This document shows positions 14,069-25,845 of a stretch of DNA of 64,000 nucleotides, piece after piece (positions within the stretch are counted from its first letter, which is position 1; every line of letters begins with the position of its first letter). The DNA is from Balanoglossus misakiensis (lineage: Eukaryota; Animalia; Hemichordata): the NCBI GenBank assembly GCA_040954595.2, contig CM082581.2, positions 1,170,699-1,234,698 of the forward strand. The letters run 5' to 3'. The translations under genes were made by a program, and so were the position numbers. Under the pieces are notes generated by a model that saw nothing but the letters and a program-made list of their open reading frames with translations, did no database searches and was not told the origin of the DNA.

Positions 14069-14764
14069 TGGACTTTGACCCTAAGTCGCTAATGTTGTGG
14101 GAGGTTTCATTAGCATTGTAGTCACATGTAGTGGATAGTAGTTTGGGAAATTGGCTGAAATACGTCAGCAGACCAGTGATTTTCTTGCACGACAGGAGTA
14201 TGGTACCAGCAATAATCAGAGATCAGGCTTCGTTGCCGTTCAAAAGTTCCTACTTCAGTCGTGATGTTGCAACTGGACGTTCAGTATGGGGGTCGGCCCG
14301 CAGGTGGCCGTGTGGGTTATCAGGTCGCCCGTAACGGCACGCAGCTACATGCAGCTGTATGGGACTAAAATAATACACCCGATTCGGGTGTCACCTGTGA
14401 CACCTGCATAACTCAATAATTATGTGCATGCGTAATTATGGGGTCAATGAAAGGGGTGGTAGCGTGCTATTTGTTGCACATGGATCAATATGAAGTCCGA
14501 TTTTCCCGTCAAGTTGTGGGCGACCTTATGTGACCTTTCACCTACTTTTGCTTAGTGAGCATCCACAGCAGATGCATGCAGCTTTGGCTTGGGAGGGGGG
14601 GGGGGCATATACGGATGGGACCATAATGATATACCAAAGGCGGGGTCGTCTGTTGCACCTGCCTAAGTCATTGATTTTGTACATTTAATTAGACACTAAC
14701 CAACAGGGCGATAGGTGTGGTTTTTGTTCCACAGGGACGAATGTAAGTGTCAGTTGGTTTTTGC

Positions 14765-15627
14765 CCAAATGTCCATTGAGGCCTGTATCCGTGATCTTAA
14801 GGACTGGATGACCCAAAACAAGCTTCAACTCAACGACTCCAAAAACTGAGATTCTACTTATTCGTTCACAATTTCATCACTCTGCTGATGCTATTGACAA
14901 GATTACCATTGGTTCAAGCTCTGTTCCCGTCGTTAAATCAGCTCGCAATATTGGTGTAATATTTGACAATACGCACATGTATAAAGATCACATCAAGAAA
15001 ACTTGTCAATCAATATATTACCACTTTCGCCGTGTCGGACAAATCAGGAAATTTCTTAACAAAGCAACATGTCAAACAGTGATTCATGCTATTTTGGCAG
15101 CGAAACTCGACTATGGTAATGCATTACTGTATGGTATACCAGAACGCAGTCTGAACCTTCTACAACGCACACAAAATACAGCTGCAAGAATCATAACTCG
15201 GTCCAGGAAGTCTGCCCATATAACGCCAGTTCTTCAACTTCTTCATTGGTTACCAGTTCGCCACAGGATAGAGTATAAAATAAATCTGCTCACATACAAA
15301 GCCTTAAATAATCTCGCTCCGAACTATATCCGCGATCTCATTCGGACATATTCTCCTGGTCGCAGGCTTCGTTCAGCTAATAAGAGCCTTTTATGCACTA
15401 CAATGTACAAACGTTCTTCATACGGTGGCCGAGCATTCTCTCATGCTGCAACGAAACTGTGGAACATTCGTCAAGCTCCAAGTTTGAGTATCTTTAAGAA
15501 AAGACTGAAGACGCATTATTTCGCAAGAGCATATGGTGTGGGCCAATGAGCACAAGCGCCTTTGAGTATGACACTTGTTATAGATACTGGCGCTATACAA
15601 ATTTCTCTGATTGATTGATTGATTGAT
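14765..15627 (+). mobile_element. L2/CR1-group LINE, 5'-truncated 3' end
   Basis: DWMTQNKLQLNDSK, KLDYGNALLYG, LQRTQNTAARII, LHWLPVRHRIEYK and RAFSHAATKLWN motifs. 3' UTR AAGCGCC..GGCGCT stem and a (TGAT)n tail. Confidence 0.93.
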
Positions 15628-16436
15628 GTATAAGGTGATTTGGATGACCTCTGTCATAGAGTGCCATATCTCATCCCGTTGTACAGGTGCAGCTTTGGTA
15701 TTTGGAGGGATGAAACTATCATGAAATGCCAAATACAGGGGGATACCTTTGACACCTGCTTGATTCATGTATTACGTGCATACCTAATGTTAGGCAAAGT
15801 GAAAGGGCTGCAAATGTAGGATTTGTTGCACAAGACATAAACAGGAATGAAATTTTTCTGTCAAATTTTTGAATGACCTCAGGTGTCCATTGACCTGCTT
15901 TCCATATGTTAGCATGCACATCATATATAGCCACGTGTTTGGAGGGGTAGGGTAGGACCGTCATGAAATGCTAAATTCCTAGGGCCACCTGTAACTTACT
16001 TGTGTAATTCATTATTATGGCCATACCTAATTTTAAAAACCCAAAGGGCGAGAATTTTCCGTTGTCTTGAATATGAACCAAATGGGAATCCAAATTTTTG
16101 GCCCAATTTTTGGGTACCCTCAGCTGACCTTTGAAGTACTTAACTGAAGTCCTTACATAACGTAGAAGTTCACTTGTGGTTGTTGTGTTTGTACTTGTAG
16201 GACATCCATTTCGGGTGGTTGCCTACTTCCCCATATCTCCACATCCAGAGCAAATACAGCCTACGCAATTGAATGGTACAACCCTGAATGGAGTCTAATG
16301 GTTATTATCTCTATGCTTGGGCCCCTTCAATGCTGCTTGGAGCTTTAATTATTACTATTATTATTGTCACGATATAAAGACACCAACTAAAAACTTACAA
16401 AATCACAATGTCTTCACAACTCAAAATTTCACTCAC

Positions 16437-17717
16437 TTCTTTTAGTTTGGTAGCCACCCCTCCTTTCTGTCCTAGCATAACAGGAGCACCATCACTGCCC
16501 AAAGCAGACAGACGATCTCTTAAGACAATACCATTCTCTGAAGAAAACTCTTTCACTGACTGTGCAATGGTGTCTGCTCTGCCATCACCAACCTAAAACA
16601 GTGAAAATAAAACCTTGATGTTAACACATGCAATGTACAACTCAATGTTTGTCTCACCTGAAATAACTAGTCAGCAAAATCAATTAAATGAGGTCACTCA
16701 AAAACATGTTTAATCGTATGTTTTTAATTCAGTGTAGACTTAAAAATTGAAAAACTTTCCACTTACTTCTTTAACTCCAAGGAAAGACACAACTGACTTC
16801 CCAGACTTCAAGGTGTACTTGGAATAGATGATTAATTGCTTCAATACAGCCACATCAGTTGTTTTCATCTATTAACAGTGAATAGAAGTTACTTCCTTTC
16901 ATCTTCTCTAAAATCTCATCACGGATGACTTTGCCTGAAAAATGAAATAAATGAAAATTACTCTTCAGATTAAACTTATCAAAATTCACAGTAATTTGTA
17001 CAGTAATTATTCTTTATTGAGTGTAACACTATTGCTTAAACAGTGATCCTTTCTTGAAAACAACCAGGTTTAAATAAATGTTACTACATTGCCTACAATT
17101 TAGATCTGCACAAAAATCAGTAGACCTACTTACCAATGCAATAAACCATTATAGTTGTGGTCATCACTGCTGAGAGTACCAAGGAATGAACACCCGAGGG
17201 ACTTTGCCAATTCCAAAACATGGATGAAGTTGGTGGTGTGCGGCAATTCTCTGTGCATGAGAAAATACATGCATCGTAGGACGCCGATGCATGAAGGCTT
17301 GCGTCTCAAAGGTGATGACCTTGTCAAATGCAGCCACAAGACCGCTGCTGTTCTCGATAACTGCTGCCTCGGCGTCAAGCTGCATTGCCGCCCGGTCGAT
17401 AATCGTCTCTTCATGCTGCTTGAGTTTGTCTTCGCGAAGGGTGGTACATGTACATGGAGATGTTGTAACCCAAGTCCCTCCGCACTTGGCCTTCTGCTTG
17501 TGTTTTGTACAAAGGCGACAAAACATCCCTAAACTGAATAAATATCATTCTCTCAAATGCCAGCCGCATGCGGGAGCGTGCACCAGAAACAATAAATATT
17601 TACCAAGGCGGGAATGAAAAGAAAGCAGGGCGGCGCGTAAGATAGCAGGGTGGCAAAAAATAAAGGAGGGCGGGCCTGCCCAGCTAACCCCCCCCCCCCC
17701 AAAGTATTAACGCTCTG
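16437..17717 (-). pseudogene. hAT-superfamily transposase relic (ZNF862/C17orf113-like), intron-containing, 3'-truncated
   Basis: Exon ~17526-17134 (MFCRLC Zn finger, CMYFL..ELPHTTNF). Exon 16934-16767 (FYSLLIDE/TTDVAVLKQL, frameshifted). Exon 16592-16437 (ALGSDGAPVMLGQKGGVATKLKE). GT-AG boundaries. CAGAGC terminus at 17717. Confidence 0.85.
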
Positions 17718-18615
17718 TGTTTACCATAGACTAATAGTGTCTCAAATTTTACCCTGTGTGAACCTGGTAAGAGACGTGTCTCAAATCTGAGAAGATTCAG
17801 GACCACTTAAACCATTCACCAATAATAATTTATGCCAGTATTTGATCTGAGACGTTTTAGCAATTTCTTGTGTGACCCCCATATCAGTTGAAGCTGACAA
17901 ATCCAGTATTTTGAATTTTTACATGGATTTTGTATACAGTGTGAATTGTAATTAAAGCTCCATTACCTTTACCTTTTTCCTATGTTTTCAGTATCTTTGT
18001 TTAGCAGTTTCTTGTGCAAATTCCCGAAACATGATGAAACATATATGTGTATGGTCAGCATTGTTATTGTGCCAAATTGGAATTTAAGTCCAGACTAGAA
18101 TCCATGAATTATTGTCAACAATGACAATGGCCATTATACACATACATTCTGTGCTGACAAGTAACAATCTGTGTGGAGTAGAACATGAAATCGCATTTGC
18201 TACATAGAACAAAAATACTGGAAATAAAGCCAAAAGATACAACGAATGTATATTTAACTTTAACTGCATTCTCATTCTCATCTGTATATATTTTACTGAG
18301 ATTGTTTCATCAGGGTTTATCAGTATTCTAAACCAGCTTATGTGTGCATACAATCTGATTAAAATCAGATGTAGGGTACGGCGACGTCTTTTACTTCGCA
18401 GTACGGTATTCTTATACTGTCGCCTCACACTACATCTGACCAACTCCCATAGAAGCTCCCGTTGAAAACTCTAGTAAACCAATCAGACGGTGCCTTATAG
18501 AGAACTTTAGGTATCCTTCAGTTTTGATTGACATAACGTGCAATCTGATTGGCTTGGCCGCAACGGGACGTTGAACAAGCTTCTATATCTGATTCATATA
18601 ATACTGAAAGGGTTA

Positions 18616-18890
18616 AGAATGGCACACACTACATGTATGAGCTCATGGAATGTGTTTCTTCCCATAGGATAACATTAAGAATTGATAGAAAACCCTTTTC
18701 TACTATTGTAATTTTAAGAAGTTTCACTCATAACTCATCCAAATGAAATTAAATTGAGTGATTCATATAAGTTGTAGGCTCACCACTGTGCTCAGTTTTG
18801 AGATAAACTTAAATGTGTCCATGCCTATAGAAAAATAACATAGAAAGACCTATGGTGAAAAATGTTGACTTTAATTCAGGCTGCATTAGT
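18616..18890 (-). mobile_element. MITE family B, diverged partial copy
   Basis: CCCATAGGATAACATT..CTACTATTGT..TTTTGAGATAAA, as in 9500-9873. Confidence 0.65.
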
Positions 18891-19159
18891 GGAAAAATAA
18901 TCATACTTTGTCTGGCATAGAAACTCAGAATCTACAAAAAAGGCCTTTAAAACATGAATGGAAATGAAAATACTGCTACAATAAGAAATTCTTACCTTGA
19001 ATAAAGTATTTATTGGTACCACCACTTCCATAAAGAAACCACTTTGCTGGTGTAATGAGTTGTCAATCTGGGTTTGCTCATTGGCCTTGCTTTGAGTTCC
19101 AATTCATGATGATGGTGTATTAGGACACTGGACTTGAAACAGGTGTATGCTGGTATTAT

Positions 19160-19558
19160 ACACGTTGAAAGTATTGTCATTCTTTTAATTGTGGATTTTT
19201 GGATTATGCTGTGTATGTATAATGAGAATCCGTTAAAAATTGTAGGGGTCATTGCCCTTTTTAAAAAAAATACAGAGCCATGAATTTAGTTGATAATAGA
19301 AGAAATTTGCTGTCTCAGCATTTTTCACCAATGGTTTGTCTATGGGCGAAGATTTTAACGCAATTTATCTCATAATAGAGCTTGGTGACCACATAATTTT
19401 TTTTGACCAATGAATTTACGTTTACTTGACTGAGCTATGTGTAAAATTTCGTGAAAAAGACAATAGTAGAAGTTTGTTTTCTGGCAATTATCGATGTAAT
19501 CCTTTCAGGAACAGACACACATGCACTGTTTATCAGTTTATGTTGTGCGTGTACATCC
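19160..19558 (+). mobile_element. MITE family B copy
   Basis: Colinear with 35476-35888. Ends GTACATCC|TTAA. Confidence 0.85.
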
Positions 19559-19863
19559 TTAAATGGTATTTGCCTCTCATGCCTTCCAAATTGTGATTCT
19601 GTTCTAGTGTTTTTGTTAAGGGCGGTACCTAGATAAAATCTACCGGAGTACCCCAGTCACTCCGAATTAAAACAACAGAACAAGGCCAATGTCACAGTGG
19701 TCAGGCAGTCTACCAGAGTTCCCCAGTCATTTTACCGGGGTTCCCCTGGGTGTATCAATGTGGTTATATTAGGAGGTTATAGGAATATTAACGGGGTTCC
19801 CAAATCCATTACCAGTGTTCCCCGACCTTTGCAAAAACACTGTGTTCTTTTTATCCTCCACAG

Positions 19864-20075
19864 GAAGAGACAAAGAAAAGCATAGCAACCTCTGCTGATA
19901 CTGCCACAACAAGCGCAAGCACAAACACACCCCAGCCTGTACCTTCTGCGAACCAACAACCCCCACCCTATCCAGCCGCAGCATACCAGCAACACTTCCA
20001 GCAGATGTCATACCCGAACCCATTCGTGTCTCAGTACGCTGCGTTTGCAGGAGCCGGACAGCCGCCACGATATAA
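19864..20075 (+). other. Orphan exon-like fragment encoding a Thr/Pro/Gln-rich peptide with a PPPY motif
   Basis: Polypyrimidine tract plus CAG acceptor at 19861-19863. Open frame EETKKSIATSADTATTSASTNTPQPVPSANQQPPPYPAAAYQQHFQQMSYPNPFVSQYAAFAGAGQPPRYN. No donor found. Confidence 0.45.
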
Positions 20076-20084
20076 CATCAATTA

Positions 20085-21530
20085 TATTTGTTTTCTGAAA
20101 ATGCCTATTGTTGACCAAAAGATGGCTAAATGGCAATTTTGTACTGAGCGGGGTGTCTCAATAAGACCGTTGTGCTGGTATCAGCATATTTTTTGCACAC
20201 ACACACACACAAAAAACGAATTTACATACATCACAAGGGCTCTGAATATAAAGGAATAAGTTTGTATTTATTTTTTCTAACAGTTACCTTTTTGAGCAAA
20301 GAGGCCAAAATGATATTTTTTTCCCTCAGTGGGGTCAGTAAGAGTGGGTTTTTTAGTACTTTTATTTATCATTTGATCACCAATGGGAAGAAAATGGCAT
20401 AATTTTCGTATTTTCTAGAAATGACACTTTTTGGGCAAAAACTTGCCAAAAAGGCACTTTTATCTTGAGTGGCATCAATAAAACTGCTTTTTTGGAAACT
20501 TTTCACATACAGTGGGCATATAATTCATTATCAGATCTCCGAAAGTGAAGAAAATATATAAATTTTGAGTGTTTTCTGAAAATGACGTTTTGGGGGCAAA
20601 AAGTGGCAAAATGGCATTTTTTCTTGAGTAGGATCAATAAGACTGCTATTTCTGGAATCAGCACCATTTTTTACATAGGATGAACATTTCATATATCACA
20701 TGATCTCTGAGCTTTATGAAGAAAAGTTTGTTTTTAAATTTTTTTCTAAAAATGGCCTTTTTGGGCAAAAACTTTCCAAAAGGGCATTTTTGCATTAGGT
20801 TGGGTCAATAAATCTGCTTTTTTCGAATAATCACCAGATTTTACATAGGGTGGGCATATAATACATTATCAGATCTCCGAAAGTGAAGAAAATATATAAA
20901 TTTTGTGTGTTTTCTGAAAATGACGTTTTGGGGCAAAAAGTGGCAAAAATGGCATTTTTTCTTGAGTAGGGTCAATAAGACTGCTATTTCTGGAATCAGC
21001 ACCATTTTTTACATAGAATGGACATTTCATATATCCAATGATCTCTGAATATGATAAACACAATTTATTTTTAGTTTTTTTGTAAAAATGACCTTTTTTG
21101 ACCACAAAAAGTGGCCAAAAATGGCATTTTTGTATTGATTGAGGTCAAAAAGACTGCTTTATTTTTTAAAGTCACCACTTTTAACATAGAATTGACTTTC
21201 CATATATCACCAGATCAATCATTATGAAGAAAACCGTGTGTTTTATTTTTTTTCTAAAAATGACGTTTTTGGGGCAAAAATTGGTCAAAAAGGCAATTTT
21301 CTGTTGTTTTGGGTCAATCGAACTACTTTTTTCGTAATATTCACCAAATTTTACATAGAATAAGCATATCATATGTTATCAGATCTCAGAATGTGACGAA
21401 AACAATGTGTTTTTAGTGTTTTCTAAAAAAGACCATTTTGGGGTTAAAAATGGCCAAAATGGCAATTTTGTCTTGAGTGGGGTTAATAAGACTGACTTTT
21501 TTGGAATGAGCACCATTTTTTACATAGAAC
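20085..21530. repeat. Diverged tandem array, ~169-bp monomer with 338-bp dimer periodicity
   Basis: AAATGACG/CTTTT motif at about 20418, 20580, 20750, 20918, 21086, 21258 and 21428. TCAGATCTCCGAAAGTGAAG at 20531 and 20869. Confidence 0.85.
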
Positions 21531-23849
21531 CTTCCTTACCAAAAATTCTGATTAACGGCACCTATCTCATAGTGTAACCAGACTACAAGTGAAGAACCCC
21601 AGTAACAGACGTAACGAACAAACAAACTACATGTACTAACAACAAAGCAAGAAAAGTGTCAAGCGTCGTCAAAGAAAACGAAATAGTTCTAGCATGGTTG
21701 GTAAAAGTTATTGGTAGAAAACGAATAGGGCCTTCTACAAATGACGTCTCAGACCCGCAAACGCCACCAGAACACAAAACACATGCACAGAACAGTTTAA
21801 GCCGGTTGTTGTATGGAGCAGCAATAATCTGCGGTTGGGCCGTCGTAGATTTTCGCTGGTGGTGAAAATAAATAAAACACGATCGATGTTCCATTTATTC
21901 CAGATCACATGCGTTTACGGCCAGAAGAGAGCATAAAAGTCTTCAAATGACCATGTGGTGGCGCACTTTTTCCGATTGGCTGTATTTCAATTTGTTCGTG
22001 GTAAATTAATTTTGTGGAGGTGACCGGCACTGAAGCTCTTAGCTAGGATGAGGTGGGATGGAAAAATGCCCCATTTGACTCATTTTAGCTGTTTTAAAAT
22101 ATACGACTATTTATAGACAAAAGGAAAATAAAACAAGCGCAAAAACATACCAAACCTAGTTTTATTAATTACAAAAAAAATTGCTGAGTAAAGGTTTTCA
22201 TGTGGGCATTCACTTTGAACTTGCTAAATTAATTTAAAGAGACAAAGTCGCTCTCTCTTTGTCCTTTTGCGATGATGGAATGCTTGCTTGAAGTCTCTCG
22301 TGCAATAAATGATGTCGATTCATACATGTATGGATGGTGTATAGGTGGTCGGAATTTACATGTCTTTGCCACGTCCAAACCAAACACACATAAAATCAAA
22401 CTTTGGGTCATGAAATCGAGTTTTGTTACAGTCTAGAATTTCATGCCACCCCTTTTGGTCATATTATTCTTGGTAGGCAAAAGTGACAAGTAGTCAAGTT
22501 TCAACACAGGCAACATTTTTTACAAACAAACCACAAAGAAGACATCAAAAGGGAGAGAATTATAGAATGGTCAATGTGTGAATAGTTAAGATACGTAAAG
22601 TGGCCGGGTTCAACATAACATTAACTCATCGACTTCATATCGTCTTCATGCCATGGTTTTGCCTGCCCTGAAAGTTCTTGTCGTTGCAGAAGTGGTTTTG
22701 ACAGAAAGAATTTAGTCTTCCGGGATGTTTGTGATTATTTGAACACCAGACAATACAATGCAACCTTGACTTCCAAAATACTTACCGGCATTGCATTATC
22801 TTACCATGGTTAGGCCTACAGAGAACAAATTTTCAACAATATTTTCTGAGTTACCGCTGATATTTGTTTTGTAGTATGGATATTAAATTATACATCCCGA
22901 TACAAAACAGAATGTTATAGAATCCTTCCTGAGTGATATTGAAAAAAATACCGGAATGCTATAGCCTAATCTATGGTTAGGGTTATTGCTATTATTTTAT
23001 ATCAGTAATCGACTTTGTGTATATCAATGTCATTTTCATAACGAAAATGAACTCGAGTCTAATGTAAACGTTACGAATTGATCGAAAGGCGCTCTGATGA
23101 ATGTTAACACGAGTGCGCAATGACAAGACATGCATCGTGCATGACAGTGACAACAGTTCCAATAGAGCAGTTAAAAAATAAACCGGCCGTCCGTAAATTT
23201 ATCAGCTATATTTTTTTTTATTTAGTCACGTTTTCCCTGTTGCATGCTATTAGTTCAGGGGCCAGTTTTAGCAGTGCTCTATTGAGTACTTTCGTATCGA
23301 TGGATTGATCTCTCGTCCAATCAGAATGGCGGATGGTAGCATGATCCGACATATTGCGTATTACAATAGGGCTTCCTCATACAGGTCAGAACAGAGAGGT
23401 CATTCCTTTTATTTTAGGACGTCTCAGCTCCTTTGTCTTTTCTGTTATTTTTTGACAAATGCGGATTGACGTTCCATTTCCAATTGGCGATAATTATATT
23501 TATTTGTATTTTATTGCATAAGCGCTTGCTAGTCGTTTTTTAGCAATTTTTTTTGTAGTACAAAAACACTGAAGAAAACGAAATATTTTATTCATTCGCA
23601 CTTCCAAAGAACACCGTGACATAATTCCTCAATTTGCATTTCAGTGTGTGTGTCTGGTGTGTCTGCATTGACGTGAGGCGCATTCTCCACCCGCACACAT
23701 ACGTTGCATTGCATTCTTTGACTAATTAGTGTTACGTCATGTTGAAGCAGGATTCTGATTGAGTAGTAAGTAAGTTGCATAATTGACGCACAGCTGGTGC
23801 CTCGTTCTCGTACCGCTGACCATTGCATTTGAAAAATCATTGCAGCTTT

Positions 23850-23900
23850 GACGTTCATCAAGCATGGAGGTCCCGGTCGCCTCCATGCTTGATGATGTCG
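23850..23900. other. Isolated hairpin with a perfect 16-bp stem and 9-nt loop
   Basis: TCATCAAGCATGGAGG (23855-23870) pairs with CCTCCATGCTTGATGA (23880-23895). It extends to ~21 bp with one bulge and G-U pairs. Confidence 0.8.
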
Positions 23901-24152
23901 TTTCTCTGGTAAGCATGGCATTTAATGTTATTTTACAAGTACATGTACACTCCTTCTAGCAAAAACTGGTCGTGGTAGGGCGAGAGGGTCCTCCCAACAT
24001 CGAAATTCTGACTTTGGGAAGCGTTACAGCACCAAACAGTAAACTCACAGTCGCATGGAATTTGTGCGTTATATTACACCGTGCGAGTAAATTGTACGTC
24101 GTTCGTTGGCTCGAGTCAGCTTTGTTATTGTGGAGCAGGTGGTACCGTAACA

Positions 24153-24568
24153 CCACAGGGGGCTCTCCCTAGGCGATTTTATTGTTTGTTTGTTGTTGTT
24201 GATTGGCATAATAAACAAATACATATTTCTTTATTAATAAATATGGTTTGTTGACATGTAAGGGTTAGGTTATTAGGGTATATTTGACAGGTTATGGTAT
24301 ATTCAACGGTTAGAATTAGTGTTGGCATTTTTTCGATCCATGGCCGGCATCACCCCCCCAAACCCCCCCCCCCCACCCCCTGTGGCTTAGTGATGCCCGG
24401 GGCCGTGGATCGAAAAAAATGCCAACAGTAACCCTAACTGTTGAATATACCCTAACACTTACATGTCAACAAACCATATTTATTAATAAAGAAATATGTA
24501 TTTGTTTATTATGCCAATCAACAACAACAAACAAACAATAAAATCGCGGAGGGAGGAGCCCCCTGTGG
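24153..24568. mobile_element. Foldback MITE with long inverted arms and a 5-bp TSD (TAACA)
   Basis: CCACAGGGG...CCCCTGTGG termini, arms complementary for >150 bp, and TAACA at 24148-24152 and 24569-24573. Confidence 0.88.
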
Positions 24569-24770
24569 TAACACACTACAGTATAACTTTTAAGGCAAAG
24601 CGATAGCGAATAAACTGACCAGGGTTGGTTTTGTTGTTGGGGAGATTTTTGGCACCATTGAGACTGTTATAAGCTACCAGTGGGAGCTATGGTATAGCCG
24701 TTAACACGCAGCCCTGCCACGCAGAGCTTCTATGACTGGTTACTAACTTCTATGTCTATTTGATTCACAG

Positions 24771-24845
24771 ATGCTGCCTGAAACTGTCTGCGTTTCAACT
24801 CGGGATTCTCTTCCTTGTCCGGGGCGAGTTTAAGACCGCTCAATG
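24771..24845 (+). CDS. Putative 75-nt mini-exon A of an unidentified gene
   Basis: CTAAC branch site, TTGATTCACAG acceptor and G|GTAAGC donor. Single open frame CCLKLSAFQLGILFLVRGEFKTAQ. Confidence 0.45.
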
Positions 24846-25087
24846 GTAAGCATGACTTGCTTTATATTTGCTTTTATCGGGTGTTGCAACCGAAACAATA
24901 GGAAGAAATGTATGTCTACGAACTAATTTACATATTCCAGCTTTCAATACAATGTACCTGTTTTTTCCCCTTCGAATTCTGGCCTCGATTTCTTGTGATA
25001 TGATCGTGATGTCATGAATTAGATGGACAACTCACAAGTTCAAATCTTCACGTGGAGCATAAAATAAATGTGGATGCATTTCCTTAA

Positions 25088-25434
25088 AGGGACAAAGTCT
25101 CTCTCTCGCTGCCCTTTTTTCCATTAATTATATTTGATACAAGACACCGTTTGTTATTCTACATGTAGATATATAGTGAATGAACGTTCAGCCACACACA
25201 ACTTCCGTCCCACTTGTAGACACGAGAGTAAAAATACTCGCCAAAATGAATAATCGTTCTTTACCATTTATTCATTTTGGGCGAGTTTTTACTCTCATAT
25301 CATACAAGCGGGATGGAAGTTTTGTGTGGTTGATCATTTATTCACTATATATCCAAATGTACATTGACATAAACAGTGTCTTGTATCAAACATAATTAAT
25401 GGAAAAAGGACAGCGACAGAGAGACTTTGTCCCT
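25088..25434. mobile_element. MITE family A, full copy
   Basis: AGGGACAAAGTCTCTCT TIRs with TTAA on both sides. The paralogous site at 31553 is empty, with a single TTAA. Confidence 0.95.
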
Positions 25435-25772
25435 TTAACCATATAGTTAAAATTACTCCCATATCAATACACAGGGAGATACTTTAACTTTGGCTGAACG
25501 TGTGCTAGTCCAACACTATGCTTAATCAAACTGGCTAAGAGATCTGTTATTATATTAGACGCATGAAGGAAAGTAATGTTGTTTAGAGTGAAATAAAACA
25601 ATACTTTAGGCCAGAAAGAAAAATGTAAATCATGACACAAATAGGCTGGAAATTTTTTCTGACCCTATATTATACCATGTTTTGCATATTTTCACTAATT
25701 TGTATGGCCCACATAATTCTAAAGCAAGGTTGATTGGTTACTAATTAATATTTGCATATATTTGATTCACAG

Positions 25773-25845
25773 TCTTAAACACAGCATTTCAACGTATGCC
25801 GGAGGAGGAAGAGAATACCTAGGCCTGATCCAAGACCGCTTTCCG
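25773..25845 (+). CDS. Putative 73-nt mini-exon B
   Basis: Same acceptor and donor context as exon A. Splices in frame with A to give CLKHSISTYAGGGREYLGLIQDRFP. Confidence 0.45.

Larger units (their letters stand above)
10931..16350 (+). mobile_element. Helentron/HINE (DINE-1)-like non-autonomous element hosting nested LINE fragments
   Basis: 5' hairpin GGGGACCAAG..CTTGGTCCCC (10934-10965). Matching 3' subterminal inverted repeat CTTGGGCCCC (16316-16325) followed by a short palindrome GCTGCTTGGAGC. Diverged internal repeats (11337-11456 similar to 14071-14187). Confidence 0.6.

Noticed and set aside
17155-17617. Plus-strand ORFs of 108-125 aa
   Set aside because: They are antisense shadows of the minus-strand hAT transposase relic.
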